A stretch of DNA of 64,000 bases from Eledone cirrhosa (lineage: Eukaryota), in NCBI GenBank assembly GCA_964016885.1, contig OZ024742.1, positions 17,856,001-17,920,000 of the forward strand, read 5' to 3'. The position numbers and the translations under genes are program-made. Position 1 is the first letter of the stretch, and every line of letters begins with the position of its first letter. Of this stretch, positions 39,192 through 57,057 are shown piece after piece. The notes beneath the pieces are model-generated. The model searched no databases. It was not told where the DNA came from and saw only the letters and a program-made list of their open reading frames with translations.

Positions 39192-39695
39192 AGTAGTGGT
39201 GGTGGTGGTGGTGGTGGTGGTGGTGGTGGTGTTGATGGTGGTAGTGGTGGTGGTGGTAGTGTTGGTGGTGATGGTGGTAGTGGGAGGGAGGTAATGGTGG
39301 TGGTGGTGGTGTTGGTGGTGGAGCTGGTGGTAGTAGTGGTGTTGGTGGTCGTGGTGGTGATGGTGGTGGTGGTGGTGGTGGTGGAGGTGGTGGTAGTAGT
39401 GGTGGTGGCGGTGGTGGTGGTTATGGTGGTGGTGGTGGTGGTGGTGGTGGTGGTGGAGGTGGTGGTAGTAGTGGTGGTGGTGGTGGTGGTGGTTGTGGTG
39501 GTTGTGGTGGTGGTAGTAGTGGTTGTGGTGGTCGTGGTCGTGGTGGCGGTGGTGGTAGTAGTGGTTGAGGTGGTGGTGGAGGTAGTAGTGGTGTTGGTGG
39601 TCGTGGTGGTAGTGGTAGTGGTAGTGGTGTTGGTGGTGGTGGTGGTGGTGGTGGCAGTGGTAATGGTGTTGGTGGTGGTGTGGTGGTAGTGGTAG
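39192..39695. repeat. (GGT/AGT)n microsatellite
   Basis: Read directly. Confidence 0.95.
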
Positions 39696-39867
39696 GGGTG
39701 TTGTTGTTATTGTTGTTATTGTTGTTGTTGTTAGTTAAGTCTTCACATTCCGTTAATTTCTCTATGACTTAATTTCCACAACAGTTTCAATATCTTGCCT
39801 TCCTATTCGAATCCTTGACACCTTCTCTGCAATCATCACTATTGTCATTTACAACATTTCCTTGTCC

Positions 39868-39909
39868 CTACTATTACCTCTACAGCTATGGCTGCTGCTA
39901 CTACTACTG

Positions 39910-39940
<31 letters not shown>

Positions 39941-39941
39941 A

Positions 39942-39994
<53 letters not shown>

Positions 39995-40384
39995 CGCTAC
40001 TTCTACCAATACTACTACTATTACTACTACTACAACTACTACCACTACTACTACCACTACCACTAATACTACCGCTACTACTACTACCACTACCACTGCT
40101 ACTACTACCACTACCACTACTACTACCACTACTACTACCACTACTACTACTACTACCACCACTACTACTACTACTACCACTACTAGCACCACAACTACTA
40201 CCACTACTACTATCTCTACTACTACTACCACTACTACTACCACTACCACTACCACAACTACTACTTCTACTACTACTACTACCACTACTACTACACTACC
40301 ACCACCACAACTACTACTACTATTACTACTACCACTACCACTACCACTACTACTACCATTACTACTACCATTACCACCACCACC

Positions 40385-40416
<32 letters not shown>

Positions 40417-40595
40417 CACTACTACTACTGCCACTACTACTACTGCTACTACTACAACTACTACTGCAACTACTACCACTACCACTGCTACTACTACTAC
40501 TACTACAACTACTACTACTACTACCACTACTACTACTGCCACTACTACTACTGCTACTACTACAACTACTACTGCAACTACTACCACTACCACTG

Positions 40596-40626
<31 letters not shown>

Positions 40627-40672
40627 AACTACTACTACTACTACAACTTCTACTACTACTACTACTACTACT
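39868..40672. repeat. (CTA/CCA/CTG)n microsatellite
   Basis: Read directly. Confidence 0.95.
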
Positions 40673-40814
40673 TGATAGTAATTTCCTTAATAATGGTTTC
40701 TGCTTCAGGGACAAAGCCAACAATTTTGGGGGAGGGGAAAGTCGATTATACGACCTCAGTGTATTACTGGTACTTTATTTTATCGACCCCGTAAGGATGA
40801 AAGGCAATGTTAAC

Positions 40815-42090
40815 CTATAAACAACTATAAACAGGAAAGGTCAGTAATTTCCTACTACCTTATTACCAGTAAGAGAAATAGCTCAATGTAAGAACATCAG
40901 GTGTTTTACAAAAAATAAATAACGAAACCATATTTAACAATAATTCCCAATACTATAATAGCTAAATCAGGAAATAAGAATGGGATTGAATTCCTACCTA
41001 TAAAATCACATAGTTACAACATTATTTCTCACAATATGGCCATGAGGAAAAAATAATAAAATTACTAGCCACTCTTACTCTAATACGAAGAGTAATATCA
41101 AACTTAACTCGTACCAAAGTAAACACCACAATAATAATATAAACAGGAATACAAATACCTCAAAAAACATTACAAAAAACAAAAATAGAAGAACTAATAC
41201 ATTCTTCAATCCCTCTTTCAATCTAAACGTCTCTACCAACTTGCCTAAGGCTTTCTTCTTAATCTTGGAAAAAAACTCCCCATCCGACCACAAGTACCAT
41301 AATCTTATCAATAAAAATACCATTAAAATCTCTTACTCTACCACACCTAACATCGCGTACTATATAGCTAGTAGTAATAAAAGGAAGATTAATAATTATT
41401 TCCAACTAATTAAAACACAACATGAGGTAAACTTAGTACTCTAATCCATGAATAAGAATACAATAAGACCAATTTACAATCCATTACTATAACTAACTTA
41501 AAACATTCAATATAAACATTAACTAAAATATAATTTAACATATGTAATGGAAAGGACTACAATAACATTCATTTTCTCAACACACACAAATTCGAACACT
41601 ATCTACATATTACATCCGCCATAAATTTTAATACATTAACATATTTGCTTACCATACAGTATTTATTTATTTATTTATATATGCATAATACCTTTGCTTA
41701 TTTCCTTCTCATATATATGACTAACGCAGGTGCACTTCCTACACGCTTGCATATGTACTGCTAATGTACTCATTCTTTCTCAATGCCTCTTTAATTATTA
41801 GACTATTCTCTTGTATTATCTGTCGCATGTATTCCACTGTGTGCTTTTAATTTTAATTTTAATTTTTGTACAAGTCTCGTATAATATATGTCGCATCCAG
41901 TACACCCTGTAAATACGAAACTGTTGCTCCCAACATCAATATATATGTGTCTATATGATTGTTCAGTTGAATAGGAGGTTAATTATATGTACAAACATTG
42001 ATAATGCTCCGATGACTCCAAACGAAAGTTTGGAAGAAACGATTGTCAGCAATTAAATGACTTGAACACAACTTTGATAATTGTTTAATT
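40815..42090 (+). mobile_element. Degraded Penelope-like remnant ending in a hammerhead motif (42005-42051)
   Basis: FFNPSFNLNVSTN...KYHNLINKNTIKISYSTTPN matches the 27.4-29.4 kb ORF; TGCT-CCGATGA-CTCCAAAC-GAAA-GTTTGGAA-GAAA-CGATTG-TC-AGCA. Confidence 0.75.
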
Positions 42091-42202
42091 TATATATATA
42101 TATATATATATACGAGGATCGGAATTAAGAGTATTCCGCAGTTCACAGTAATAATAATAATATTAGCTCAAAGAAGAATAGAGAATTTTCTTCCGAGCTC
42201 AA

Positions 42203-42912
42203 ATACAAATATATTACACAAAGAGAAGTGTGTTACACAGTGAGATGTGTGTAAAGAATTATTACAAGTGAGTTTAACCGTGTACTGTATGGAGAACAAT
42301 ATCTACAGGTTAGCAATTAAATAGAAAAAAACTAAGTCAGAATCAAATCTCTGAAGTAGAGTTTTAAATTACCAACCTTATAACTATAAGTTTGCTGATA
42401 CGAATCTAGTTCATTTCGCCACAGAAATGTGAACTGCATAATACTCTTAATTCCGATCCTCGTATACTTAACGAGCTCCAAATTGTTGAGCTAATAAATT
42501 CGAATGGTTGGGCTGCTCTCTCTAGCATTTTCCCCAATCCATGAGAGCCGTTATTTGATGTAAATAACACGTGATTTCGCCCTACTCTGGGCAGCGTGTA
42601 TATTAGCTTTCTCTCTATCCGTGAGGTTAGATGTGTCGTGAACAGAATCAACATTTGCTGACTGAGGAACCTGTGGGCTGTTAAACTGCACATTTCTGTG
42701 GCGAAACGAGCTAGATTCGTATCAGCAAACTTATAGTTATAAGGTTGGTAATTTAAAACTCTACTTCAGAGATTTGATTCTGACTTAGTTTTTTTTCTAT
42801 TTAATTGCTAACCTGTAGATATTGTTCTCCATACAGTAACGGTTAAACTCACTTGTAATAATTATTTACACACATCTCACTGTGTAACACACTTCTCTTT
42901 GTGTAATATATT

Positions 42913-42916
<4 letters not shown>
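42203..42916. repeat. Inverted-repeat element (arms ~42203-42432 and ~42689-42916) with hammerhead motif at 42654-42729 (+)
   Basis: TTTGCTGA-CTGAGGA...TGTGGC-GAAA-CGAGCTAGATTCG-TA-TCAGCAAA. Confidence 0.75.
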
Positions 42917-42966
<50 letters not shown>

Positions 42967-43051
42967 GAAAATAAGAAAATAAGTAGAAAATGGTAATAAG
43001 ATTTTTCTCACGGAATAACAGCAAAACATATTTTTAAAAGTAATTTATATT

Positions 43052-43095
43052 TATAGTACCGGTTTCAGCCGATATTTCGACTTCTTCATGCTACA
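43052..43095 (-). ncRNA. Minimal type I hammerhead-like motif
   Basis: Reverse strand TGTAG-CATGAAGA-AGTCGA-AATA-TCGGCT-GAAA-CCGG-TA-CTATA. Confidence 0.6.
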
Positions 43096-43214
43096 GGAAA
43101 TCTGATAGTATATAATAAAATTAAGGTGTATATTAATTAGAAGAGGGTATTAGAGAACACATTACATACACATAAAAATTCACATTTTCGATTTTCTCTC
43201 TCTCTCTCTCTCTC

Positions 43215-43323
<109 letters not shown>

Positions 43324-43452
43324 TGATGGTTTGTTGGTGGTAGCAGCTAAAATAGAAGTTGTCTTGTTACCTGTTACACATAATAGAGTAATAGAGAATG
43401 TATATTTATATATCATCATCATCATCATCATCATTTTACGTCCGCTTTTCCG

Positions 43453-43515
<63 letters not shown>

Positions 43516-43517
<2 letters not shown>

Positions 43518-43872
43518 TGTATAAGGCTATGCTTGAAGCCAAATCCTATTTCTTTTTTATTATAAGTTGAGCCAACTTATGCAGCTTCATATGCAAATGA
43601 GATTAATCACCTCATTTACACAGACGAGCATAGTATATATTCTCGCCTGTCTTCTAGTCCAGCAGTCGCAATCGGTGGGAGGGACCGTCCTGACGAAGGC
43701 CAGTTAAGCCTGAAATGCATAGATGGTTGTCCTCCTTGCTTCTGCTGGACATCACCAGAGGGCGTTAGCCCCCCGGTATTTGCATAGCTACGGCTTCCTA
43801 AAACCGTATTCTTTGGATATGCGAAGTATTTATACGTATTGTATAAAGCTATGCTTGAAGCGAAATCCTATT

Positions 43873-43878
<6 letters not shown>
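43516..43878 (+). mobile_element. 322-bp terminally redundant non-coding element (retrozyme-like) in (TA)n
   Basis: 41-bp direct repeats at 43516-43556 and 43838-43878; internal hammerhead. Confidence 0.72.
43683..43728 (+). ncRNA. Minimal type I hammerhead ribozyme, intact core
   Basis: GACCGTC-CTGACGA-AGGC-CAGTTAA-GCCT-GAAA-TGCA-TA-GATGGTT. Confidence 0.82.
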
Positions 43879-43965
<87 letters not shown>

Positions 43966-44069
43966 TATTGAAGTTTCCGTTGAAAATTGAAAAAGTCATA
44001 GGAGTGAAGAGTGCTCTATGTAAGTTACAGAGCTAAATTTAATGTATAATAAACAATACAATATAATTA

Positions 44070-44137
44070 CCTCATTACCAGAGGTTTCCCGAATAAGACG
44101 AATACAAGAAACGTCCTCATTCGTTCGTCAGACAAGG
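44070..44137 (-). ncRNA. Type I hammerhead-like motif
   Basis: Reverse strand CCTTGT-CTGACGA-ACGAATGAGGACG...CGTCTTATTCGG-GAAA-CCTCTGG-TA-ATGAGG. Confidence 0.72.
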
Positions 44138-44382
44138 CAATTTAAAACAGTGAAATATTTGAAAAATCTCCTCAAGAAAGGCAAAAGTTTAACGGGAAAA
44201 AAAAAATATAAATAAAAGTAATGCAAGAGATATATAAAAATAAAATAAGGAAATATAGTAAGGGTATGTGTATAAATGTGTGTATATGCAACTACAAATG
44301 TACATATGTGTGTATGTACAAATGCATGTGTATAGTGAAAAAATGTGTACGTAAGTACATACATGAGGGCAAGCATATCAGT

Positions 44383-44995
44383 TTACTTATACCTCTTAAA
44401 AGGGTCTCATTATAATTCCGTCCCACCTAGTAAACCTTTCTTTAGTCTAGCAGTACCAGTGAGAGACTTGATAGCTGTCCTTAGGTTATAGTAACCAGAA
44501 ATTGTTTTTTTCTTTACACTTAATTGTTTTTTAACACTCCCGGTATTTTTCTATATATTTACCCCATATTGTTTTACTTATTGTTTCGACTCCCCCCCCC
44601 CCCTAGTATCTTCTTTGACTTCCTGCCCAGCCGTGGTTGGCACTATCGACCACGACTCGGTTTCCTCCACCCCCTCTCCCTCTTTCTTCTACTGGCAGGT
44701 TCAGCTACGCCTTCCCTCCACAAATTGCCATGATAGAATTATTATGTCTCAACAACAAACTTTTGACCAATCCTTGTGACAATCACTTTTACCATATATT
44801 GAATTACCCCCTGAGAAGCTCGGCTATTCAAATACCAGGATAAAAATGTTCATTTAGTCCAGAATTAGCCGTTGAAACGGCTTGAGCTCAGCCGTCGGGG
44901 TCCTACTCGTTCCTATTACCCACTCTACTACCCTAAGTATTGAGTACTTTGGTGCGTTATGGTCCACCTGGTTCCTTACCACATTTCCTTCGTTA
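44383..44995 (+). mobile_element. Solo pLTR related to the 26-31 kb Penelope, with hammerhead-like motif at 44806-44901
   Basis: Aligns by eye with 30245-30810 plus the pLTR end ...CCACATTTCCTTCGTTAT; core reads CTGAGAA. Confidence 0.85.
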
Positions 44996-45042
44996 TATAT
45001 ATATATATTTTAGCTAGTATATATATATGGGTAGTTTAGCTA

Positions 45043-45077
<35 letters not shown>

Positions 45078-45078
<1 letters not shown>

Positions 45079-45692
45079 TAGCTAAACTAGCCCATCCTTT
45101 GGACGGTTCAAGTAGCTTTCGATGTAGCTCATTAAACTAAACAAAGTAAATTTTAATACATAGAAGAAAAACGTACTTTATGTAAACATGAAAACCTTAG
45201 GCACTATTCCAGCGAAATAATTTTAGATAAATTTAAGCATAATATTGAAAAATTTATGACATCATTTAATGTATGAACATCAAGCTTGAAACGATAAATT
45301 ATACAATGTCAAAGCTATAACTTAGTTATCTGTTCGAAATTGCTGGTTGTCAAATATACAAGTACAAAGTACAAAGAGTAAATTAAAGTACAAAGAGTAA
45401 ATTAAAATCCAAATTACGAAAGATAACTCTTGATTACGAAAGATAACTCTTGTCTTACTTAATCACGAAAATTCACACAAATAACCGAAATTTTTTAATG
45501 TCTCCAAAGGCCCAAATATCGATTTTTGAAAGCCTTTGTAGATCATGTACAGGTTTTGTGCAAGGAGAAGCTATGTAAAAAATGTCAAAGAAATCGCATG
45601 TATGGTTTAGAATATATGAGCCCTCATTAAAAATTGTCCACACACATACACACATACATACAGAAAACTACAGATTTATATATATATACAGA
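45078..45692 (-). mobile_element. Non-autonomous Helitron (~615 bp)
   Basis: Reverse strand: A|TCTGTATATATATATAAATC 5' end; 3' hairpin CCGTCC-AAA-GGATGG followed by GCTAGTTTAGCTAG|T; no target-site duplication. Confidence 0.78.
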
Positions 45693-45892
45693 TAACGAAG
45701 GAGGTGTGGTAAGGAACCAGATGGACCATAACGCACCAGAGTACTCAATACTTAGAGTAGTAGAGCGGATAATAGGAAAATGTTTAACCCCGGCGGAAGA
45801 GCTCAAGCCGTTTCGACGGCTATTTCTGGACCCAGTCCAGAAATAGCCGTCGAAACGGTTTCAGCTCTGCCGTCGGGGTTAAACATTTTCCC
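45693..45892. repeat. Penelope pLTR-end fragment folded into a short palindrome
   Basis: TAACGAAGGAGGTGTGGTAAGGAACC...TATTTCTGGAC-CCA-GTCCAGAAATAGCCG. Confidence 0.75.
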
Positions 45893-46112
45893 ATATATAT
45901 ATTGTGAAGGCTGAGTGGTTAGAGAATTGGATTCACAATCTTGAGGTTGTGAGTTCGATTCCTCGACCGGGTGATGCGTTATGACCTTGAATAAGGCACT
46001 TTATTTGACATTGTTCCTTCTACCTGGAGTTGCGACCTATAGATAGTACTAGCAACTGGAAAGACTGACGAAAACATTTTTTCCTCGGTCCGATTTGAAG
46101 AAAGTCGATCGA

Positions 46113-46216
<104 letters not shown>

Positions 46217-46939
46217 GTATATATATATATATATATATACCGTATATATACTCAATTATTATATATATACTCAATTATGTTCCAGCCAATAGGCTGAGGC
46301 CCTGCTGGGGCACCACCATTATTGGCGCTACATTTTATAAAGCAAGCCTTCACTGGTTGGCCATTAATGCAAAGCGGATTTTATTGCTGCCGCCCTTATT
46401 TGCCCTTCGCCTCGTGCTGTGGGTTCATCCGGGATCTTGGTCCAGTGGACTGTCGAGGTGACTCTTGAAAATATCTATATGTACACTATGTATATCTCTC
46501 AGACTTGTTGTAGCTTATGAACGAGCTGGGGCCCTTTAAACCCTAGCTTATTGCAGTATGTGGTCCTTATTCATGATGCGACGAATGGGATCTTTGGTAT
46601 AACACTGTGGCCTCCTATTCGTGAGCTGGTCTACCTTCAATGCCGAAGTTTGGTGCTAACCCTTCCAGGAACTTCTATATATCACTGCATATCTCTCCCG
46701 TCTTCGTTTAAGGGAATAAAACGTAGAAGGGCCCTTAACTCTTGATAGAGTCGTAGAAGGAGTTTTGACATAGGACGTGTCATGAGTAATTTAAACCTGG
46801 CGGAACTCATCTCTCTCTAAATCGGAACACAATATATTTCTGAAAGCAACAGAGAGAGAGCGGGGTAGAAAGGCAGAGACAGACAGAGAGAGAACCAATC
46901 CTAGTACTAAACGGAACACGGCACAAAAGCAAATACAAA

Positions 46940-47170
46940 AAAGTACATGATAAAATGACAAGTCAGTCAATCATATTGATGGCCTCCCCACAGCCCCGGC
47001 GGACAGAATGGAGAAGGTATTTCCTCGGAGGACGGCAAGGGAGAAGCGCTGGAAGAGCCATTCCAACTCGCGAGGCTCACACCTGCGGCTGGCCAGCTCA
47101 GCGCCTATAATGGTGAGTAGGGAGGTAGCCCTAGGGCCGAGGACACCAGAAGTATCCACTGCTAGAGGTA
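46940..47170 (-). mobile_element. 3' fragment of a CRE-like (RLE) non-LTR retrotransposon
   Basis: DTSGVLGP...IGAELA...EPRELEWLFQRFSLAVLRGN resembles the CRE-clade C-terminal QRISLAIQRGN motif. Confidence 0.65.
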
Positions 47171-47199
47171 GCCAGTTCAGCGCCTATGGTGGTGAGTAG

Positions 47200-47362
47200 G
47201 AAACTGGTATTGTAGTCACCGTCAAAGGAATGAAAGGCAAAGTTATTCCTAGAGGGATTCAAACTCATGGCTCACTCAGCCGGAACAAATACTGAGATAT
47301 TTTTAATCCGACGCCATAACAATTCTACCAATTCGCCACGTAGTCACGCTCAAATTCAATGT

Positions 47363-47461
<99 letters not shown>

Positions 47462-48645
47462 TGCGTGAGTGTATGTGTGTGATAATGGTTTCTGATTTAT
47501 CATAAGGCCAGCAATTTTGAGGGAGAAGAAAGTCAATTAAATCGATCCCATTGTGTGACTGGTACTTTATTTTATCGAGCCGTATGAAGAATGAAAGACA
47601 AAGGTAACTTCGGTGGCATTTTAACTCAGAACGTAAAGGGTCATAAACTCTATGCTTCAAGCATGTTGTCCGACACTCTACCGATACTGTCAATCCACCG
47701 CTCGTCCGATATTGGCTAATGGTTCGATATACATATTATTACAAGGGAGAGAACACTAATTAAAAGATAGATTATTTTTGAGTTATGTCCCTTGACACAT
47801 CTTTCTATTGAATGTTTTATAACTAGTTTTGTTTGTATGATAGTATTGTGAAAACAAATGCATATCTCTTCTTTACCTGGTCCGAGATAAAAACGAACTT
47901 CCAACATTATAAAAGAATGGAATGAGAATGACTAAATAGTAAGATAATAGAATACAATACTGTAAATGTATTCGTGAACAAAAAGATGAAGTTGTTCACC
48001 TAGAAAACACATATGGTGTTTATGAGGCTGTTTGTTGGCAACAAACTGAATATTAATAGTTGTTTCTACTTTTGGCACAAGGCCAGCAATTATCCCAGTG
48101 TATTACTGGTACTTTATTTTTTCGATCCCGTAAGAATGAAAGGCAAAGTTAAACTCGGCGGGATGTGAACTCAGACCATAAAGGACCGTAACTCTTTGCT
48201 GCAAAGCATGGCGTCCGACCCTCTACTGATACTGTCAAATATTGTGATATTATTATAATATTAGGGCAGCGGATGGCAGTATCGGTAGAGGGTCGTACGC
48301 TATGCTTTGCAGCATAGAATTACGGCCCTTTATGGTCTGAGTTCAAATCCCACCGAGGTTAACTTTGCCTTTCATCCTTACGCGGTCGATAAAATAAGGT
48401 ACCAGTAATGCACTGGAATAATTGCTGGCCTTGTGCCAAAAGTAGAAATAATTATTATAATATTATTATCGGGAGAGGGTCGGACGCCATGCTTTGAAGC
48501 AAAAGAGTTACGGCCCTTTATGGTATGAGTTCAAATCCCGTCGAGGTTAACTTTGACTTTCAACCTTACGGGGTCGATAAAATAAAGTATCAGTAATGTT
48601 CTGGGAAATTGTGGCCTTGTGCCAAAAGTAGAAGCAATTATTATA
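47200..48645. mobile_element. Cluster of family-1 SINEs (47200-47340 -, 47483-47702 -, 48055-48237 -, 48263-48455 +, 48475-48645 +)
   Basis: Repeated SINE body and tail. Confidence 0.8.
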
Positions 48646-48854
48646 ATATCATTATTCACTCCCGAAAACATTTAGGTATCCATCAAGTTAAAAGCGAAAA
48701 CGGATTTTGTTTTTTTAATACTGTAAATGTTTTGGCCTAAAAGAGGACATGACATCAGGTATTTAAACAACTTTAATACAACATATCTTAGCCCAGAATA
48801 AACTTTATTGATTCTTATAAAAACCAATACAATCTACACATTTTTACCAACAAA

Positions 48855-49272
<418 letters not shown>

Positions 49273-49381
49273 ACGAAGGAAATGTCGTAAGGAACCAGAT
49301 GGACCATAACGCACCAAAGTACTCAATACTTAGGGTAGTAGAGTGGGTAATAGGAACGAGTAGGACCCCGACGGCTGAGCT

Positions 49382-52310
<2,929 letters not shown>

Positions 52311-52570
52311 TATATATATATATATATATATATACTAAAAATTCAAGGTCCGTTAAAGGTGTTCAGTTAGGAGTATTTGTCCTCAATTGATTTAAGTCCC
52401 GAAAGATGTTACCATCATTACACCTTTAGTAGGAATCGAACCCGCGAAGGCAAAGGGGTATGGAAAGGAAGCATTACGCTAAACCACACGGCCACAAACC
52501 ATCGCATTTATTTGTTGAGTGAGATGGTTACCAGTCAGAGTTTAGCTTTAAACTATCTCTGTTATTGTAT

Positions 52571-53084
<514 letters not shown>

Positions 53085-53796
53085 TATATATAAGTCGTCT
53101 TACTCAAGGATTAACAAAAGTGTCATTATGGCCTGCTGGGTTCGAATTTTAATTCTTCTTGTCGTGTCCACAAGAGCGTCAGTTACAAAGCTTCCGCCAC
53201 AGCTGAACACATGGCTGTCCTTTCTCATTAAACTCTGCCAAGTCCAATGCTGTGCAGGGGTGTTCCAGCAGGGGCCATATCAGGAGGTGCTGTGCAGGGG
53301 TGTTCCAGCAGGGGCCATATCAGGAGGTGCTGCGTAGTGTGTGGTTTGATGTCGCAGTCACACAAAACATCCCCATCCTATACAAGATTGACTTTTGCAC
53401 GTCCAATATCAGGTCTTAGTATTGTTCAGGCATTTCCACACTGCATAGTTTGTATCTGATCCGGGGGGCAGTGCCTCACTCACCTTTAGCTCCATTGTTG
53501 TTACAGATTAAGTTAAGTTTTTCTTCCCATCGAGTGATTCTTTCACTACTTAGTTTGATGTTCCAAGGGGCGTGACGCACTTAGGAAACCTTTCCTGGAT
53601 TTAAGGCTGCGTTTGGCTGGCACATCGCCGAAGAGAGGATGTTTTTTTATCTGTAGTCTGTTGTCAAGACAGGGGCGTCCACGCCGTGGCCCTGGGAGTA
53701 TAGATCAGATCGACAAGATCAACTAGATCGATAAGATACTGCTAATCCTATCACCACCAAAAGCAACAGCTGCAAAACAACCAAAAGCGAATTTTG

Positions 53797-53905
53797 ATAA
53801 TTGTTTCTACTTTTGGCACAGGGCCAGCATTTATCCCACTGTATTACTGGTGTTTATTTTATCGACCCCGTAAGGATGAAAGGCAAAGTTAACCTCGGTG
53901 GGATT
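53797..53905 (-). mobile_element. Family-1 SINE fragment
   Basis: Reverse SINE body. Confidence 0.75.
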
Positions 53906-54004
53906 TATATAACAACAACAATCATCGAACTTAATTGGTCATTGAGTGAGTGGGTAAACGACAGAAGCTATGTCCGTTCTATTCGACTTGCTTCGTCTCT
54001 TAAT

Positions 54005-54064
<60 letters not shown>

Positions 54065-54071
54065 GGAAATA

Positions 54072-54151
54072 GCTGTCTGAAGATCTAATTCTTTCCATTG
54101 GAAATTCTCTGAATTTCCAATCTTTTGATTAGTGAAACCGTTGGTAGCGGC
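54072..54151 (+). ncRNA. Type I hammerhead-like motif
   Basis: GCTGT-CTGAAGA-TCTAATT...GATTAGT-GAAA-CCGTTGG-TA-GCGGC. Confidence 0.65.
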
Positions 54152-54224
54152 AATAGAACAGGTGAATATTTAAATCGTTTTTTAATTTATTTAAAAAATT
54201 GTTTGATGATCACTTGTTCCGCTC

Positions 54225-54668
<444 letters not shown>

Positions 54669-54889
54669 ATTTCTATTTTTGACTCTATCAAATGAATTAT
54701 AGCGTTGAAAATTTTGTATTTTAAACTTGGCTTCACATCTACATACAGAATAGTCACCGACGAATCGACCATGCGACAGGTTGTACTGGGTTACATGTTA
54801 CCAGTACCACTCAAGAGTGACCAGACATACATACATACATACATACATACATACATACATACATACATACATACATACATACATACATA

Positions 54890-55070
54890 CATGGTGGCTG
54901 CCAACTCGTTTTCGAGTACGGCCACTACTTTATATCCATGTAGGAGAACCACTACCGATGCGCTGAACGAGTGTGACCTTTTAGTCCAGCCAGCGACTTG
55001 AAAACTCTGGTACAAACACTACACTTGTGACAATTATTGACACATAGTGCTGGGCCCATGGTACCATGTT
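54890..55070 (-). mobile_element. RTE-family 3' end fragment with (TATG)n tail (further copies 57058-57250 - and 57255-57305 +)
   Basis: Reverse strand encodes CSVC.RVFKSLAGLK.H.RSAHR*; terminal stem-loop CTCG-AAAA-CGAG as in the RTE end at 62113-62148. Confidence 0.72.
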
Positions 55071-55082
55071 ACCATGTTTCTA

Positions 55083-57023
55083 CATACATAGATACATCAA
55101 TGGAAGAGTGAAAATATGTAAAACATTCCAACAATTTTGCATCTAATAACTGCATATAAACATATACAGATACAAAGCATATACATATGCACACATACAA
55201 CTCAAAACATACACATCCACACATACAATAACATCCATACCTGCACATGCATGCATGCAGACATGCATATCTACCTAGTTGATGTTGTGTAAATTCCAAT
55301 GAGAGAGTCTTGTGTCTATATTAGAAACCGACTCTCTCTATTGGCAAACGTTTTTGAAATTATAAAACCAGAAGAACATATATACAAACACACATACATA
55401 CATAACCCATTCTAGCAACATTTGTATCAATGGCCTAACTGTTTCACCGATATCTGATGAGGACTGCTACAGATAGATGGGGATAGATGAGAACATATCC
55501 TATAATGGTATCTGTAATAAGGAACGCGTAACCAGGGAATAAAACACCCGATTAAGAAAGTTTTGGTCATCGGAACTCTCTTCGCAAAACAAAACAATGT
55601 GTTTACTGTGCCTGTCCTAACACCAACTTTTGGAATACTCAATCGGACGATAGACGAAATCCGAGCGATTGATGTTAGAACTCTAGAAATACTAAACAAC
55701 ACCGGAAACTTCCACATCAGCAATGACATAGACCGCCTTTACTTGAAACGTAAGCAGGGAGACAGAGGCCTAACATCAGTCCAGACAGCATTTGAATGTC
55801 GCATCATATCCCTCTGAAAGCATCTACGAACCTCGAACCGTAGGAGCCCGTCTCTCGAGCAAGTCTATCTGCATGAAATAAGATCATGAGAGTTGGGAAA
55901 GAACTCCTCGAGAGATATTCCCTGTGTGATAATCAAAAACTCACACCCAGGGAATTCGCTCAGCAGTATCGCAGTGAATCCATGGATGAAAAACTGCATG
56001 CTTATCAGCAAAAAATCATGCATGGATATATTACCAGGAAGCTCCAGAGTGAGAGTAATATAGATAAGGAAAGCAGTCTATCTTGGACCAACAACCGCTA
56101 TATTGGCTCCCACTTTGAAGGGTACGCTTTTGCAATCCAAGAACAGGAGATTAACACGAAATACCTGATTCACAAAAGAGTAGGGATGCAGGCAAAACAA
56201 CTAGATGTGATAACAAGTACAGACTCTGCAGAACTAACATCGAAGATATCACCCATGTCATCAGTAGCTCTCCAAAGATGTCATCGCGGTACTATCTACC
56301 TATGAGGCATGATGTAGTGGCCAAATCACTGTACTATGCAATCCGTAAAAAGGATATCCCCGATAATAAACACATTAAAAGCTACAGCAATCTGGATGGT
56401 ATACATATACATAATATGACAGAGTACTGGTGGAATGTTCCAGTAAAAACCATAATAAAATGCAGGCATAACAGACCAGATATTATGAGATGGGACAGGG
56501 AGAAGAAAGCATGCACAGTAGTCGAAGTTAACTGCTCAGCGGATGCCAATATAATATCAAAGATTAGCGAAAAGGAGAATATTTATGCAGAACTGATGAG
56601 AAATCTGCAGATACTCCACCCTGATTATACCTTCAGATATATGCCTGTGATTATTAGGGCACTGGGGTATGTTAGTAACTGCCTCAATACAAATCTTGAG
56701 AAGCTGGGCTTCACAGGAACAGAAAGAACACAACTAGTTAGGAAATTACAAGTACAATCCATTAATGGAACAGTAAAAATATGTAAAACATTCCAAAAAT
56801 TGTGCATCTAATAACTGCATATACACATGTACACATACAACTCAAAACATACACTTCCATACATACAATAGCATCCATATCTACACATGCATGCATGCAG
56901 ACATGCATACATATCTACCTAGTTGATATTTGTGTAAATTCGAATGAGAGAGTCTTGTGTCTATGTTAGAAACCGACTCTCTGTCTATTGGGAAAACATT
57001 TGTGAAATTATAAAACCAGAAGA

Positions 57024-57056
<33 letters not shown>

Positions 57057-57057
57057 C
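55083..57057 (+). mobile_element. R4/Dong-like RLE non-LTR retrotransposon: short 3' copy (55083-55403) plus longer 5'-truncated copy (55404-57057), both ending in (TACA)n
   Basis: VPVLTPTFGIL, DIDRLYLKRKQGDRGL, AIQEQEINTKY, RHD.VAK, HNRPDI...VVEV (PD-(D/E)xK endonuclease); duplicated 3' UTR ending ...AAAACCAGAAGAACATA. Confidence 0.82.

Noticed and set aside
39168-40820. Long poly-V, -S, -T, -L ORFs that look mucin-like
   Set aside because: Trinucleotide microsatellites that are open in several frames on both strands.
53248-53333. 40-bp tandem duplication and the ORF at 53068-53337
   Set aside because: Local duplication with no recognisable domain.
55452-55465. CTGATGAG as a hammerhead core
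   Set aside because: Lies in R4-like coding sequence (ISDEDCY) with no matching stems or GAAA.
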